Numbered from the stretch's first letter, positions 49,309-59,132 are shown. The stretch: DNA of 64,000 nt from Bacteroidales bacterium (GCA_028282585.1 JANQHR010000062.1:6916-70915); one strand, 5' to 3'. Numbers and translations are program-made. Notes: generated by a model from the sequence alone, not told the origin.

Positions 49309-49352
49309 TTTCTTTTTAATTTAATTAATGATCTAATTACCAGGCAGCTTGA

Positions 49353-51131
49353 TTATGATAATAAAACAGCATCAAACTTGCACTTACTATAACACATACC
49401 GCACTGTATACAGTCCTCTTGTCTGATTTCATGCAATTCTTTTCTTTCACCATCAATTGCGTTGGTTGGACAATTTTTAGCACATACAGTACATCCGGTA
49501 CAATTTTCAGGGCTAATGGTATATGTAAGTAGTTTCTTACAATGCTTGGCAGGGCATTTTTTATCATTAATATGAGCTTCGTACTCAGGCCTGAAATATT
49601 TAATAGCAGTAAGCACAGGATTTGGAGCAGTTTGCCCTAAACCACAAAGTGAGCTATCCTTAATTTGATAAGCTAATTCTTCTAACTTCTCAATATCTCC
49701 ATCTTGTCCTTCACCTACAGTAATTTTTTCAAGAATTTCAAGCATTCGTTTTGTACCAACACGACAGAAAGTACATTTTCCGCATGATTCTTTTACGGTA
49801 AAATCAAGGAAAAATCTTGCAATATCAACCATACAGGTTGTTTCATCCATTACCACCATACCACCAGATCCCATAATTGCTCCGGTAGCTGTAACAGAAT
49901 CATAGTCTACTTCAGTATCTGCCAGATACTCGGGAATACAGCCACCAGATGGTCCCCCCAACTGTACTGCTTTAAATTTTTTATCATCAATAATTCCACC
50001 ACCTAATTTAAAAATAATATCACGAATAGAAACTCCCATTGGAACCTCAACTGAACCACCATGTTTAATCTTGCCTGTTAAAGCAAATACTTTTGTTCCT
50101 TTACTTTTTTCAGATCCGTATTTAGAATAGGATTCCGGACCATTTAAAAATATATATGGAACATTTGCATAAGTTTCAACATTATTATTGTTAGTTGGCT
50201 TAGCCCACAATCCTGCTTCTGCCGGAAATGGTGGGCGTTTGCGAGGCATACCCCTTTCTCCTTCAATAGATGCAATTAGCGCAGTTTCTTCACCGCACAC
50301 AAAAGCTCCTGCTCCTTCTTTTACAAATAAATCAAAATCAAAGCCTTTCACTCCCATTACATCTTTACCAAGAAAACCTTTTTCCCTTGCCTGCTCAATG
50401 GCAATATTTAACCGCTTAATTGCCAATGGGTATTCAGCACGGCAATAAATCACTCCTTCGCTTGCTCCAATTGCATAACCAGCAATTGCTAAACCTTCGA
50501 GAACCGCATGAGGGTCACCTTCAAGTAACGAACGGTCCATAAAAGCACCGGGATCGCCTTCATCTGCATTACAAATAACGTATTTTTGTTCTGATTTATA
50601 ATTGAATGCGAATCTCCATTTAAGCCCCGTTGGGAAGCCTCCGCCTCCTCTACCACGAATTCCTGAGTCTAAAACAGTTTGAATAACCTGTTCCTGGCTA
50701 ATTTTTTCTTTTAAAATTTTCTCCAAAGCCTTATAACCGCCCTGTTCTTGGTACTCATCAATATTTTCAGGGTCAATTATTCCGCAATTTCGTAAGGCAA
50801 TTTTCACCTGTCCTTCCCAAAATGCATCATCCTGGGTTTCAATAAAATCACTTTTAACAATATAATCTTTAACAGGTTCACCTTGTTTTAAGTGCTTATC
50901 GAAAATTGACACGGCTTTTTCTTCATCAATTTCTCCGTATAAATATGAACCTGTATCATCAATTATTTCTACTAATGGTTCACGGTAACACATTCCGATA
51001 CAACCTGTTTTTTTTATTTCTATATCAAGTTTATCAGCACCTTGTAATGCCAATAATTTGTTAAATACTTTGTTAGCACCTGCTGCTATTCCACAACTTG
51101 CTAGTCCGACTAAAACTTTTGTTTTTTCCAT
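49353..51131 (-). CDS. NuoF/HydB-like NADH-binding FMN/FeS subunit with an extra N-terminal 2Fe-2S-type domain and a C-terminal 2x[4Fe-4S] ferredoxin domain
   Basis: 592 aa. GRGGGGFPTGLKW (FMN), CNADEGDPGAFMDR (NADH), ESCGKCTFCRVG (N3-type cluster), and a C-terminal CTGCTVCAKNCP ... CIQCGMCYSKC. Confidence 0.9.
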   Translation of the reverse strand: MEKTKVLVGLASCGIAAGANKVFNKLLALQGADKLDIEIKKTGCIGMCYREPLVEIIDDTGSYLYGEIDEEKAVSIFDKHLKQGEPVKDYIVKSDFIETQDDAFWEGQVKIALRNCGIIDPENIDEYQEQGGYKALEKILKEKISQEQVIQTVLDSGIRGRGGGGFPTGLKWRFAFNYKSEQKYVICNADEGDPGAFMDRSLLEGDPHAVLEGLAIAGYAIGASEGVIYCRAEYPLAIKRLNIAIEQAREKGFLGKDVMGVKGFDFDLFVKEGAGAFVCGEETALIASIEGERGMPRKRPPFPAEAGLWAKPTNNNNVETYANVPYIFLNGPESYSKYGSEKSKGTKVFALTGKIKHGGSVEVPMGVSIRDIIFKLGGGIIDDKKFKAVQLGGPSGGCIPEYLADTEVDYDSVTATGAIMGSGGMVVMDETTCMVDIARFFLDFTVKESCGKCTFCRVGTKRMLEILEKITVGEGQDGDIEKLEELAYQIKDSSLCGLGQTAPNPVLTAIKYFRPEYEAHINDKKCPAKHCKKLLTYTISPENCTGCTVCAKNCPTNAIDGERKELHEIRQEDCIQCGMCYSKCKFDAVLLS

Positions 51132-51162
51132 TTTATAAATTTTAGGATTCGAGTGGAAATAA

Positions 51163-51681
51163 TTAATTACTTTCGCTAATCTTGATTTCCTTTACAATTT
51201 TTACAGCTTGTTTTCCGGAAAGTTTTCCGTAAGTCTCATCACCAATCATCATAACCGGAGCAAGAGAACAACAACCGAGACAAGCAACAGACTCCAGTGT
51301 AAAAAGACCATCTTCAGTAGTTTCACCATCCTTGATACTTAAAGCGTCTTCCAAGGCTTCAGAAACAGCAGTAGCGTTTTGCACATGGCAAGCAGTACCA
51401 TGGCAAACTTTAACAATATGTTTTCCAACCGGATTTAATCTGAATTGAGTATAAAACGTGGCAACTCCATACATTTCACTGAGTTTTAAACCTGTTAATT
51501 CAGAAATTTTAATAAAAGTTTCAGCAGGCAGGTATCCGTAAATATCCTGTGTTCCTTGTAAAATTGGAATCAGACTACCTTTTTTACTTTTGTATTTTTC
51601 AATTAGCGGATCAATTAATGATAGATCCACCGAAGCCTGATTAGCAACTTCTTTTTCTTGTAGTATTCGTTTAACACGCAT
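51163..51681 (-). CDS. NuoE/HydC-like thioredoxin-fold [2Fe-2S] subunit
   Basis: 172 aa with cluster ligands CHGTAC ... CLGCC in the canonical spacing pattern. Confidence 0.9.
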   Translation of the reverse strand: MRVKRILQEKEVANQASVDLSLIDPLIEKYKSKKGSLIPILQGTQDIYGYLPAETFIKISELTGLKLSEMYGVATFYTQFRLNPVGKHIVKVCHGTACHVQNATAVSEALEDALSIKDGETTEDGLFTLESVACLGCCSLAPVMMIGDETYGKLSGKQAVKIVKEIKISESN

Positions 51682-52120
51682 AGCTTATTACGCTTAGTTT
51701 ATAATTAATGGTTTCAGAAATAATTGCATAATTTAGAATTAAGATTTATGATAAACAAAATCTAAAATATGTCCTACAATAGTTTTTCACTAAAACATAG
51801 CTATATCAATACTTACAAAAGCTATTTAAATTTATTCTAATATACTTTTTACTTTTATTATAGTTATGCTTATAACCATAATTCCAAACTCTAACAAATT
51901 AGTTCAGCTTATCTTGAATACAAATTGTTTGTTAAAAATTATGTAAATCAAATACATACTTTATCGATTCATTTCATCCTATCACTCCATTAAAAAAAGA
52001 AAAATCTTTAATTGGAAAAGAAATGTTTAAAACAGATAGAGTCAGCTCACAGCAAGAAGTTATAATGGTAAATGATATTTTGATACCAACTTCTGCTTGC
52101 TGTGAACCAGAAACATTAAG

Positions 52121-53227
52121 CTATAAATTTAATAAGCTATTTGCATACCTTAGCAACCGAATCATATCAAAGAATTTTCCTAATTTCCATTGCATAGCGG
52201 CTAAGATTCCATGCACTGCAAGTAGTTCTGTTTCAATCAATTTTTCTTCTTGAATTATAAGATTATATATCCCGTTTTTAGCGGTTTTGTAACCTTCATT
52301 TTCATAATTCATAAGAATATCGATGGTATTCTCCTCAGCTGTAATTTCTCTTTTTACAGGTTCATACCCAAGTTTTTTAATCATAGCTTCAGCTAAAGCC
52401 CAAGTCGACCATGGGTTTTGTCCTGTTAACAAATTACCATCTTCACAAATATTTTTGAGATACTGATGACCTCGTTTGAAATAGGCTCCTTTGGCTATTA
52501 ACTCATCTTCTAAAAGAAAGGGGAAAATATTTTCTGCATCGGGTATTAAGAATAACTCTTCTTCATTTGTAAAGGAACAAACTTCTTTACCGGCTAAAAG
52601 AAAGCTCCCATCTTTAAGTGTTACATTAACTAATGCTGCCGGCCCATGACAAACCGCGCCAATTATTTTCCCTGATTCGTAATATTCCTGAACTATAGAC
52701 TGAATTCTGGCATTGTTTGGAAAATCAAACATAGTACCCTTTCCTCCTGCGAAATAAATGGCATCATATTCTTTACTATCCACTTTTTCAATTGGAATTG
52801 TATTTAGTACCTTTTGTTGAGCGATTGAATCATTCAGGAAGGCGTAATCATAGATTCCCATGTCTTCAGAATCTATAATTACTGGTGGATTCCCTCCTTT
52901 TATACTCGCTATATCAACTTCAAATCCATTAGTCATAAATACATAATAAGCACGGGATAATTCTGTTAACTCATATCCTGTTTTTTTACCACTACTTCCC
53001 ATAATCTCACAACTGGTAACTACAGCAAGAATTTTACCTCTTTTTTCAGGTTTATCCTGGGATATGTATGGGACATCCTTTGGTTGTATTTTAGTAATAT
53101 CAACATTCAGATCTTCGGATGGAAGCAAACTCATAAACCATAATCCGAAAGAAACCAATATAATAATCAGACTCAAAAAAATGGTAAGACTCCATTTCAG
53201 GATTGGATACTTTTTAAATTTTAACAT
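52121..53227 (-). CDS. Membrane-anchored DJ-1/PfpI (class I glutamine-amidotransferase-like) family protein
   Basis: 368 aa. N-terminal TM helix and a nucleophile-elbow motif (IGAVCHGPAAL). Confidence 0.75.
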   Translation of the reverse strand: MLKFKKYPILKWSLTIFLSLIIILVSFGLWFMSLLPSEDLNVDITKIQPKDVPYISQDKPEKRGKILAVVTSCEIMGSSGKKTGYELTELSRAYYVFMTNGFEVDIASIKGGNPPVIIDSEDMGIYDYAFLNDSIAQQKVLNTIPIEKVDSKEYDAIYFAGGKGTMFDFPNNARIQSIVQEYYESGKIIGAVCHGPAALVNVTLKDGSFLLAGKEVCSFTNEEELFLIPDAENIFPFLLEDELIAKGAYFKRGHQYLKNICEDGNLLTGQNPWSTWALAEAMIKKLGYEPVKREITAEENTIDILMNYENEGYKTAKNGIYNLIIQEEKLIETELLAVHGILAAMQWKLGKFFDMIRLLRYANSLLNL

Positions 53228-53319
53228 AACTTTTAGTTTTTGATTTTTAAATTCTTTTCAAATCAACTACTTATATTTGTCAAAATCTTTCGAAATGATC
53301 ATTTTAACATACTAAATGG

Positions 53320-54354
53320 TCATTTAATCATCTTTTCTCTGTATGCTTTTGGAGTATTTTGAGTATAATGTTTAAAGGCCGCATTGAAACTAGATATGCT
53401 ATTGAATCCAACTTCGAATGAAATAGATGCAATAGTGTGGTCTTTATATTTTTCATCCTGAAACATTCTAATGGTTTCTTCAACACGAAATTTATTGATG
53501 TAACCATTAAAATTCATTTTAGTTTTTGTATTTATAACCATCGATAAAGTCTGAGAAGTAACATTTAACAATTTACTGAGTGATTTCAGCGTTAAGTTTC
53601 CGTTCTTGAATTGTTCCTCATCAACAATAATTCTTTTGACACTTGCAAATAATTGATCAATTTGTTCTTGCGTGGCCGATGTTGTTTTGTATTTAACAGT
53701 TTCAAGGTATCCCTTTTTTATAACAATTATACTAATTACGTATGCAAGAATAGTATATAGAATAGGACCGACAATATAGGGAACTACGTCATCAAACAGG
53801 TTCAATACATAAACGAGCCATATTGCCAATAATGAGTACCATAATATTCGCATAATAGCAACAGAATTTGGATTTAGCTCCAATTTTCTTTTGTTTGAAA
53901 TAAGCCTGTAACAAACTAATAAATAAAACAAATAATGACAGTAATAGAAGGTAAATAGAAATACAAAAAATGACCTTGGTAATGTTTCATAAATATCTTC
54001 ATTTATCCACAATCCAAATAGTATTCCCAAAAATGAAGCAGTAAAGTGGATTAAATGAATTGTTTTAAGTTTAAATTTTGGATTTTCCAGTGATTTGATA
54101 TAAAAATAAAATAAGGGTCCGATGGCTAATAAAGTTGCCAATCCTATAAAAATGATTCGAACCTCTAGGTTTTCTGTAAACTCCAATATAACCGATTTAC
54201 CTACACGAAAAGAAAAAATTATTAATAATAAGCTCAATAATTTGTTGGAAGTAGTATTGTATTTTGATTCAATATTTAGGAAAAGAGCCAGAAACACTCC
54301 ATGGAGCACTCCCATTCCGCTAATAAGTATTAAAAATATATTGAATGCTGTCAT
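53320..54354 (-). CDS. AraC-family transcriptional regulator with an N-terminal multi-TM domain
   Basis: 344 aa. About 6-7 hydrophobic helices, then an AraC-type double HTH (LSKLLNVTSQTLSMVIN ... IASISFEVGFNSISSFNAAFKHYT). Confidence 0.85.
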   Translation of the reverse strand: MTAFNIFLILISGMGVLHGVFLALFLNIESKYNTTSNKLLSLLLIIFSFRVGKSVILEFTENLEVRIIFIGLATLLAIGPLFYFYIKSLENPKFKLKTIHLIHFTASFLGILFGLWINEDIYETLPRSFFVFLFTFYYCHYLFYLLVCYRLISNKRKLELNPNSVAIMRILWYSLLAIWLVYVLNLFDDVVPYIVGPILYTILAYVISIIVIKKGYLETVKYKTTSATQEQIDQLFASVKRIIVDEEQFKNGNLTLKSLSKLLNVTSQTLSMVINTKTKMNFNGYINKFRVEETIRMFQDEKYKDHTIASISFEVGFNSISSFNAAFKHYTQNTPKAYREKMIK

Positions 54355-54770
54355 AACATCTTAAATAACTTACGATTTATTAATTTTTTATAAATAAAAT
54401 TAGCATTTATTCTACTGTAAAGTTAGTACATAAAAATTTGAACGAAATAATAAATTATTAAGTTATAATGCACAAAAATGTAGTATACAAATATTTTTTC
54501 GTGCATAAATAAAACACCTAACAAAAGTATTTACACAAATTTCATAATACTATACAGGTCATTTTATAAGGCTTTTGAATACCCTGAAATATAAAAAGAC
54601 TTAATATTAATGCAACTTTTAAAACTATTAAAATAGGTCTTTAGAATATTTGTGCTTAGAGATGCAAGATATTATGAAAAAATAAAATTTGAGGTGTCAG
54701 CATTCGTCCATTATTATAACTATTCCAATTCGTGAAGATTCATTTTTCCAAATATTTGAGTAAGTGTTGG

Positions 54771-54798
54771 ATATGAATTTCTTTTAAAAAATTCATAT
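54771..54798. promoter_or_regulatory. 10-bp perfect inverted repeat upstream of the SNF2 helicase gene (possible operator)
   Basis: ATATGAATTT (54771-54780) and AAATTCATAT (54789-54798) with an 8-nt spacer, ~70 nt upstream of ATG 54868. Function unknown. Confidence 0.25.
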
Positions 54799-54867
54799 AA
54801 ACTCATTTTCGATTCATATCAATTTGATATTTTTATAGGATTTTTGAGTAATGGGATTTATAATTTT

Positions 54868-57813
54868 ATGCAACGAAAAGAATTTGTAATAGGCATTGTC
54901 GATCATCATTTATTTGGTTTAATAATAGTTCCGTACATTGTTATTATTAAGCCTAATCATGGATTTTATAATATCGAAGCAAAAATCTCCCAATTAAATA
55001 TTAGTCGGTATCTTGATAAATTCTCGGATAAAGAGAAACAACTCATTAAATGGATTGAAGAGTATAGCGATCAGAATCTTCATAAAGTTTTCTGTAAGAA
55101 AAAAGGGCAATCAGTGGTCGATTTTATATCAAAAATAAACAAAGATTTTGCTAAAAAATATATAAGGCCTTACATTGAAAAAAGATTGGTAAAGTGTACC
55201 GAACTGTTACAAGAGATGGATATTAATCTTTATTTCAAGGAAAAACCTAAATACGTGAACTCTGATGAGATAATTCATGTACAAAAAGGCTATGCCCAGG
55301 CAGTCTTTAATATAAGTAAACTGGAAAATGAAACACAATATTATTTAAGTATAAAACATAATAATAAGGAACTTAGTTTACTTGATAAATCAAGCTTTAT
55401 ATTAACCCAGGACCCTTGTAGAATTATTATAGAAAATCAGCTCTTTATTTTTAAAGATATTGATGCCAAAAAACTTTTGCCATTTTTTAATAAAGATTGC
55501 ATTCATATTCCAGAATCTTCAGAGAAAAAGTGGTTTGAAACTTTTGCTTTAGAAAGTATTAAACAATACAATGTAAAACCAAAGGGTTTCGAAATAAATA
55601 AGATTATTTCAAACAAAGAAGCTAAATTAAGCTTTGAATATAACTTACAGGGAAATCCAACTTTAATACTCTCATTCGTCTACAACAACCAAGTAAAGTT
55701 CTTAGCTAACAAAGGCTCGAAATCATTTGTTCGTTTTGAAGAAAGTAATAGAAAATACTTTTTTCATCAAATAGATAGAGATCAGATTTGGGAAAATGAA
55801 ATCATTGATAAATTATTAAAAATTGGTTTAAAAAATTACCAGGATTCTCATTTTAGCCCAATTAACGATAATTTACTTAATAAAGATGAGCTTCTTTATG
55901 AATTTATTCAATGGCTTAGCGTTCATAAACCCGAAATTGAAGCTCTAGATATTCAATTAACTCAAAAGAATCCCCAATTTTTCTTATATAAACCTAGTTT
56001 ACAATCTGATATAAAAGAAGAAAATGACTGGTTTGATTTAAAAATTATTGTTCAAATTGGCGAGTTTAGTATTCCGTTTCCTAAGTTTCGGAAAAATATT
56101 TTAAATGGTAACCGAGAATATAAACTACCAAATGGGGAAATCGCTGTTTTACCTAAAGAATGGTTTGAGCAATATTTAGAATTATTCCAATTTGGCAGAG
56201 ATTTAGGTAAGAACATTCAATTGGACAAACACCATTTTGGTTTAATTGAAACAAGTATTCCTGAAAAAAGCAAATCGATCGTTGAGAAATATAGAAACTT
56301 GATCGCTAGTTATTCCAAAAACAATTATGAATTACCAAAAGGTTTAAACGCTAATTTACGACCTTATCAAAAAGAGGGATATTCGTGGATGCAATTGCTA
56401 CAAGAAAATCATTTTGGAGGCTGTTTGGCCGATGATATGGGGTTAGGAAAAACTGTTCAGACATTAACTCTTTTATTAAACTCAAAAGGTAAATTGAATG
56501 GCGAAGAATATGACCCTGAAGATAAACCAGCTTTATCTCAACTAAGTATCTTTGATCAAATCAATTCAACGAATGTTAGTTCTTCTATCACCTCATTAAT
56601 AGTAATGCCAACATCTTTGATCCACAATTGGGAAGAAGAAATTAAGAAATTTACACCGGAGTTAAAATGTTATAAGTTTATTAAGCAGAACCGTCCAAAA
56701 GATTTAAATAAATTTAAAGACTATGATATTATTTTAACTACTTATGGTATTGTAAGGAATGATTTTGAGCTTTTAAGAGCTTACAAATTCTTTTACATTA
56801 TTCTGGATGAAAGTCAGTATATTAAAAATCCCGATTCTAAAATATATAAAGCTGTTAATCAACTAAATTCCAAGTACAGATTAGTATTAACAGGAACTCC
56901 AATTGAAAATTCTTTAACTGATCTTTGGGCTCAAATTAATTTTCTGAACAAAGGTCTTCTAGGTAATTTACGATTTTTTAAAAGAGAATTTGTTCAACCT
57001 ATTGAAAGAAATACCGATTCGGATAAAAAAGAAAGGTTACAACAATTTATTCAACCATTTGTATTGCGACGCACCAAACACCAGGTTGCTAAAGATTTAC
57101 CAGATAAAATAGAATCGGTAATTTACTGCGACATGTCTGAGGAGCAAAAATCTTTGTATGAAGAGGAAAAATCTAAAATTCGCAACTCGATTATGGAAAC
57201 TATCGAAAAATCAGAAGATAAACCCACCATACTCGCAATTGAAGGATTAAATAAATTAAGGCAGATTGCTAATCACCCGGTTTTAATCGATGAAGATTAT
57301 TCTGCAGAATCTGGTAAATACGAAGAAATAACTCGTAATATTGAAAACCTGATAGCCGAAAACCATAAAGTACTAATATTTTCAGCATATGTTAAGCATT
57401 TGAATTTGTTTGCTAATTACTTAAAAAAAAGCAATCATCCTTATTCAATGCTAACTGGTAGCACTCGAAACAGAGAAGAAATAATTAAAGATTTTCAGGA
57501 TTCTAAAGATAAATATGTATTTCTAATTCAAATAAAAGCGGGTGGAGTTGGCCTTAACTTAACTGCGGCTGATTATGTTTTTATCATTGATCCGTGGTGG
57601 AACCCAGCAGTAGAAGAACAAGCAATTAATAGAACCCATCGCATAGGCCAGGATAAAAAAGTATTGGTGTATCGATTCATTTCATCAGAAACTGTTGAAG
57701 AAAAAATACAGCAATTAAAAGCCAGAAAATCGAAGCTAGCCGATTCATTTATAAATACGGAACACGCGGTTGAAAAAATGAGTTTAGAAAGGATATTAGA
57801 GTTTCTGAATTAA
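54868..57813 (+). CDS. SNF2-family DEAD/DEAH-box helicase / ATP-dependent translocase
   Basis: Start moved to the first ATG, 54868. Motif I (LADDMGLGKT), motif II (LDESQYIKN), LTGTPIEN, and helicase C motifs (GGVGLNLTAADYVFIIDPWWNPAVEEQAINRTHRIGQ). The N-terminal ~490 aa is uncharacterised. Confidence 0.9.
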   Translation: MQRKEFVIGIVDHHLFGLIIVPYIVIIKPNHGFYNIEAKISQLNISRYLDKFSDKEKQLIKWIEEYSDQNLHKVFCKKKGQSVVDFISKINKDFAKKYIRPYIEKRLVKCTELLQEMDINLYFKEKPKYVNSDEIIHVQKGYAQAVFNISKLENETQYYLSIKHNNKELSLLDKSSFILTQDPCRIIIENQLFIFKDIDAKKLLPFFNKDCIHIPESSEKKWFETFALESIKQYNVKPKGFEINKIISNKEAKLSFEYNLQGNPTLILSFVYNNQVKFLANKGSKSFVRFEESNRKYFFHQIDRDQIWENEIIDKLLKIGLKNYQDSHFSPINDNLLNKDELLYEFIQWLSVHKPEIEALDIQLTQKNPQFFLYKPSLQSDIKEENDWFDLKIIVQIGEFSIPFPKFRKNILNGNREYKLPNGEIAVLPKEWFEQYLELFQFGRDLGKNIQLDKHHFGLIETSIPEKSKSIVEKYRNLIASYSKNNYELPKGLNANLRPYQKEGYSWMQLLQENHFGGCLADDMGLGKTVQTLTLLLNSKGKLNGEEYDPEDKPALSQLSIFDQINSTNVSSSITSLIVMPTSLIHNWEEEIKKFTPELKCYKFIKQNRPKDLNKFKDYDIILTTYGIVRNDFELLRAYKFFYIILDESQYIKNPDSKIYKAVNQLNSKYRLVLTGTPIENSLTDLWAQINFLNKGLLGNLRFFKREFVQPIERNTDSDKKERLQQFIQPFVLRRTKHQVAKDLPDKIESVIYCDMSEEQKSLYEEEKSKIRNSIMETIEKSEDKPTILAIEGLNKLRQIANHPVLIDEDYSAESGKYEEITRNIENLIAENHKVLIFSAYVKHLNLFANYLKKSNHPYSMLTGSTRNREEIIKDFQDSKDKYVFLIQIKAGGVGLNLTAADYVFIIDPWWNPAVEEQAINRTHRIGQDKKVLVYRFISSETVEEKIQQLKARKSKLADSFINTEHAVEKMSLERILEFLN

Positions 57814-57819
57814 AAAACT
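57726..57819 (+). repeat. Direct repeat copy A (last 88 nt of the SNF2 CDS plus 6 nt)
   Basis: 94 bp matching 59305-59398 with 3 mismatches, aligned by hand. Confidence 0.85.
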
Positions 57820-57992
57820 GCATATTCATCAGGTAATTTACTCTGTAAACTCTTTAATATTGAATTGTCAGGATATTTATGAATGCCCTTAATTAAAACT
57901 GCAATTGCATCAAACTTACACTCATTTTCCATATAAGAAATAAACTGAATTAATTAATCTTTCTCAGTTTTAAGTGAATTTATTATTATTTC

Positions 57993-58307
57993 CTAGCTTT
58001 GTTCTTTATTGAGTAATGTAAATTCACCTTTAATGCTATTACTCCCATTGTATAATCTCCATTCATATGTTTTTCCTTCTTTCAAAGGTACATTATATAA
58101 ATAAAATTCTTTTAATGGTTCATCTGCACTTAAAATCAAAGAATCAGAGCGCTTAACAAATAAATTAAACCTTATATCAGGAACAGGTTCTTGCAACAGA
58201 TAGAACTTTATATTTGCCTCGTTTATAACATTAGAGTGTAAAGGAAAAACTACTATTACATTTCTATCAGTATTATATGAAATCGTTAGTAATTGATATC
58301 GAAGCAC
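57993..58307 (-). CDS. Hypothetical protein, possibly a gene fragment
   Basis: 104-aa ORF with no recognisable motif. Lies inside the repeat-bracketed mosaic segment. Confidence 0.35.
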   Translation of the reverse strand: MLRYQLLTISYNTDRNVIVVFPLHSNVINEANIKFYLLQEPVPDIRFNLFVKRSDSLILSADEPLKEFYLYNVPLKEGKTYEWRLYNGSNSIKGEFTLLNKEQS

Positions 58308-58328
58308 AAAATAAAATAGGCATCGTAG

Positions 58329-58768
58329 TTAACAAAGATTTATTATCTAAAAAACAATATAACGGATGCTATTCATGCATTTAACAGTAGTTTAGATATT
58401 GCGGTTGAAATTAATGCAAAAAAACAAATTGCAGAAGCTTCCAATTTATTATTTTCGTTGTATTCTGAAAAACCTTTTAATGAAACATTAGAAATTGTTA
58501 TTTATAGAATAACACAGGAAATATTAAATAATATCCTTAAGCATGCCCACGCCACCGTTGTAAATATTTATCTTGATAAAGAACTTTATAGCATAACCTT
58601 ATCAATTAGTGACAATGGGAAAGGGGTGGAAGATATTGAACGCTATAAAAACAAAGGGTTAGGCTTGAAAAATATTTTTTCAAGGGTAGAAATGTTGGGG
58701 GGGGGAGTATAAATGTTAATACTGAAGTTAATAAAGGAACAAAAATTGTTATGGTTTTCCCGGTTTAG
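58329..58768 (+). pseudogene. Remnant of a TPR-type sensor histidine kinase (HisKA_3-class HATPase tail), internally deleted and frameshifted
   Basis: The open frame from 58329 reads ...DAIHAFNSSLDIAVEINAKKQIAEASNLLFSLYSEKPFNETLEIVIYRITQEILNNILKHAHAT...DNGKGV...GLGLKNIFSRVEMLGGGV*. It has no dimerisation/His region. A G9 run (58697-58705) breaks the frame, and one extra G would restore ...GGSINVNTEVNKGTKIVMVFPV* ending at 58768. Confidence 0.65.
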
Positions 58769-58899
58769 AGATTTAAAGTAAGATTTTAATTATGGTAACT
58801 GAAAAGGTTAATTTGATATGAAATTTTTCGCGAAAAATAAACCGAAACTTGACGGTTTTAAAATGTTCAAGATATAATTAAACTTAAAATTTTAATAAA

Positions 58900-59091
58900 A
58901 TGAAAGATTTAAAAAATCTAAACGGAGCTAAGACAATTAGTAAAAATGACCAAAGAGCAATTAAGGGTGGAAGACATATTTTTCCAACTTTATGTAGAAC
59001 AGATGCAGATTGTGCAGATGGTGAAATTTGTTTTCACGATGAAGGTAACATTAGCGTTTGTATTGCGGGCGAGGATCCTGTTCAGCCTTAA
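58900..59091 (+). CDS. 63-aa double-glycine-leader peptide with a 4-Cys core (bacteriocin/RiPP-precursor-like)
   Basis: MKDLKNLNGAKTISKNDQRAIKGG|RHIFPTLCRTDADCADGEICFHDEGNISVCIAGEDPVQP. Typical LxxxxxIxGG-type leader, followed by an intrinsic terminator. Confidence 0.65.
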   Translation: MKDLKNLNGAKTISKNDQRAIKGGRHIFPTLCRTDADCADGEICFHDEGNISVCIAGEDPVQP

Positions 59092-59100
59092 TTCCCAAAT

Positions 59101-59132
59101 GGCACGAGCTACAAGTTCGTGCCTTGTTCTTT
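59101..59132 (+). terminator. Intrinsic terminator after the GG-leader peptide gene
   Basis: GGCACGA (59101-59107) pairs with TCGTGCC (59117-59123), followed by the T-rich TTGTTCTTT. Confidence 0.65.

Noticed and set aside
49337-50448. ORFs 49337-49567 (-) and 50188-50448 (+) overlapping the NuoF-like gene
   Set aside because: They are alternative-frame or antisense ORFs within a CDS that carries all NuoF motifs.
52023-52253. 76-aa plus-strand ORF overlapping the 3' end of the DJ-1 family gene
   Set aside because: It is mostly antisense to the supported CDS and has no motifs or signal.
54122-54364. 80-aa plus-strand ORF over the AraC-family gene start
   Set aside because: Antisense shadow of the membrane-domain coding region.
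57810-57933. 40-codon minus-strand ORF (MENECKFDAIAVLIKGIHKYPDNSILKSLQSKLPDEYAVF) abutting the SNF2 stop
   Set aside because: It is too short and lacks any motif or paralog support. It may be another gene fragment in the mosaic segment, so it is not annotated.
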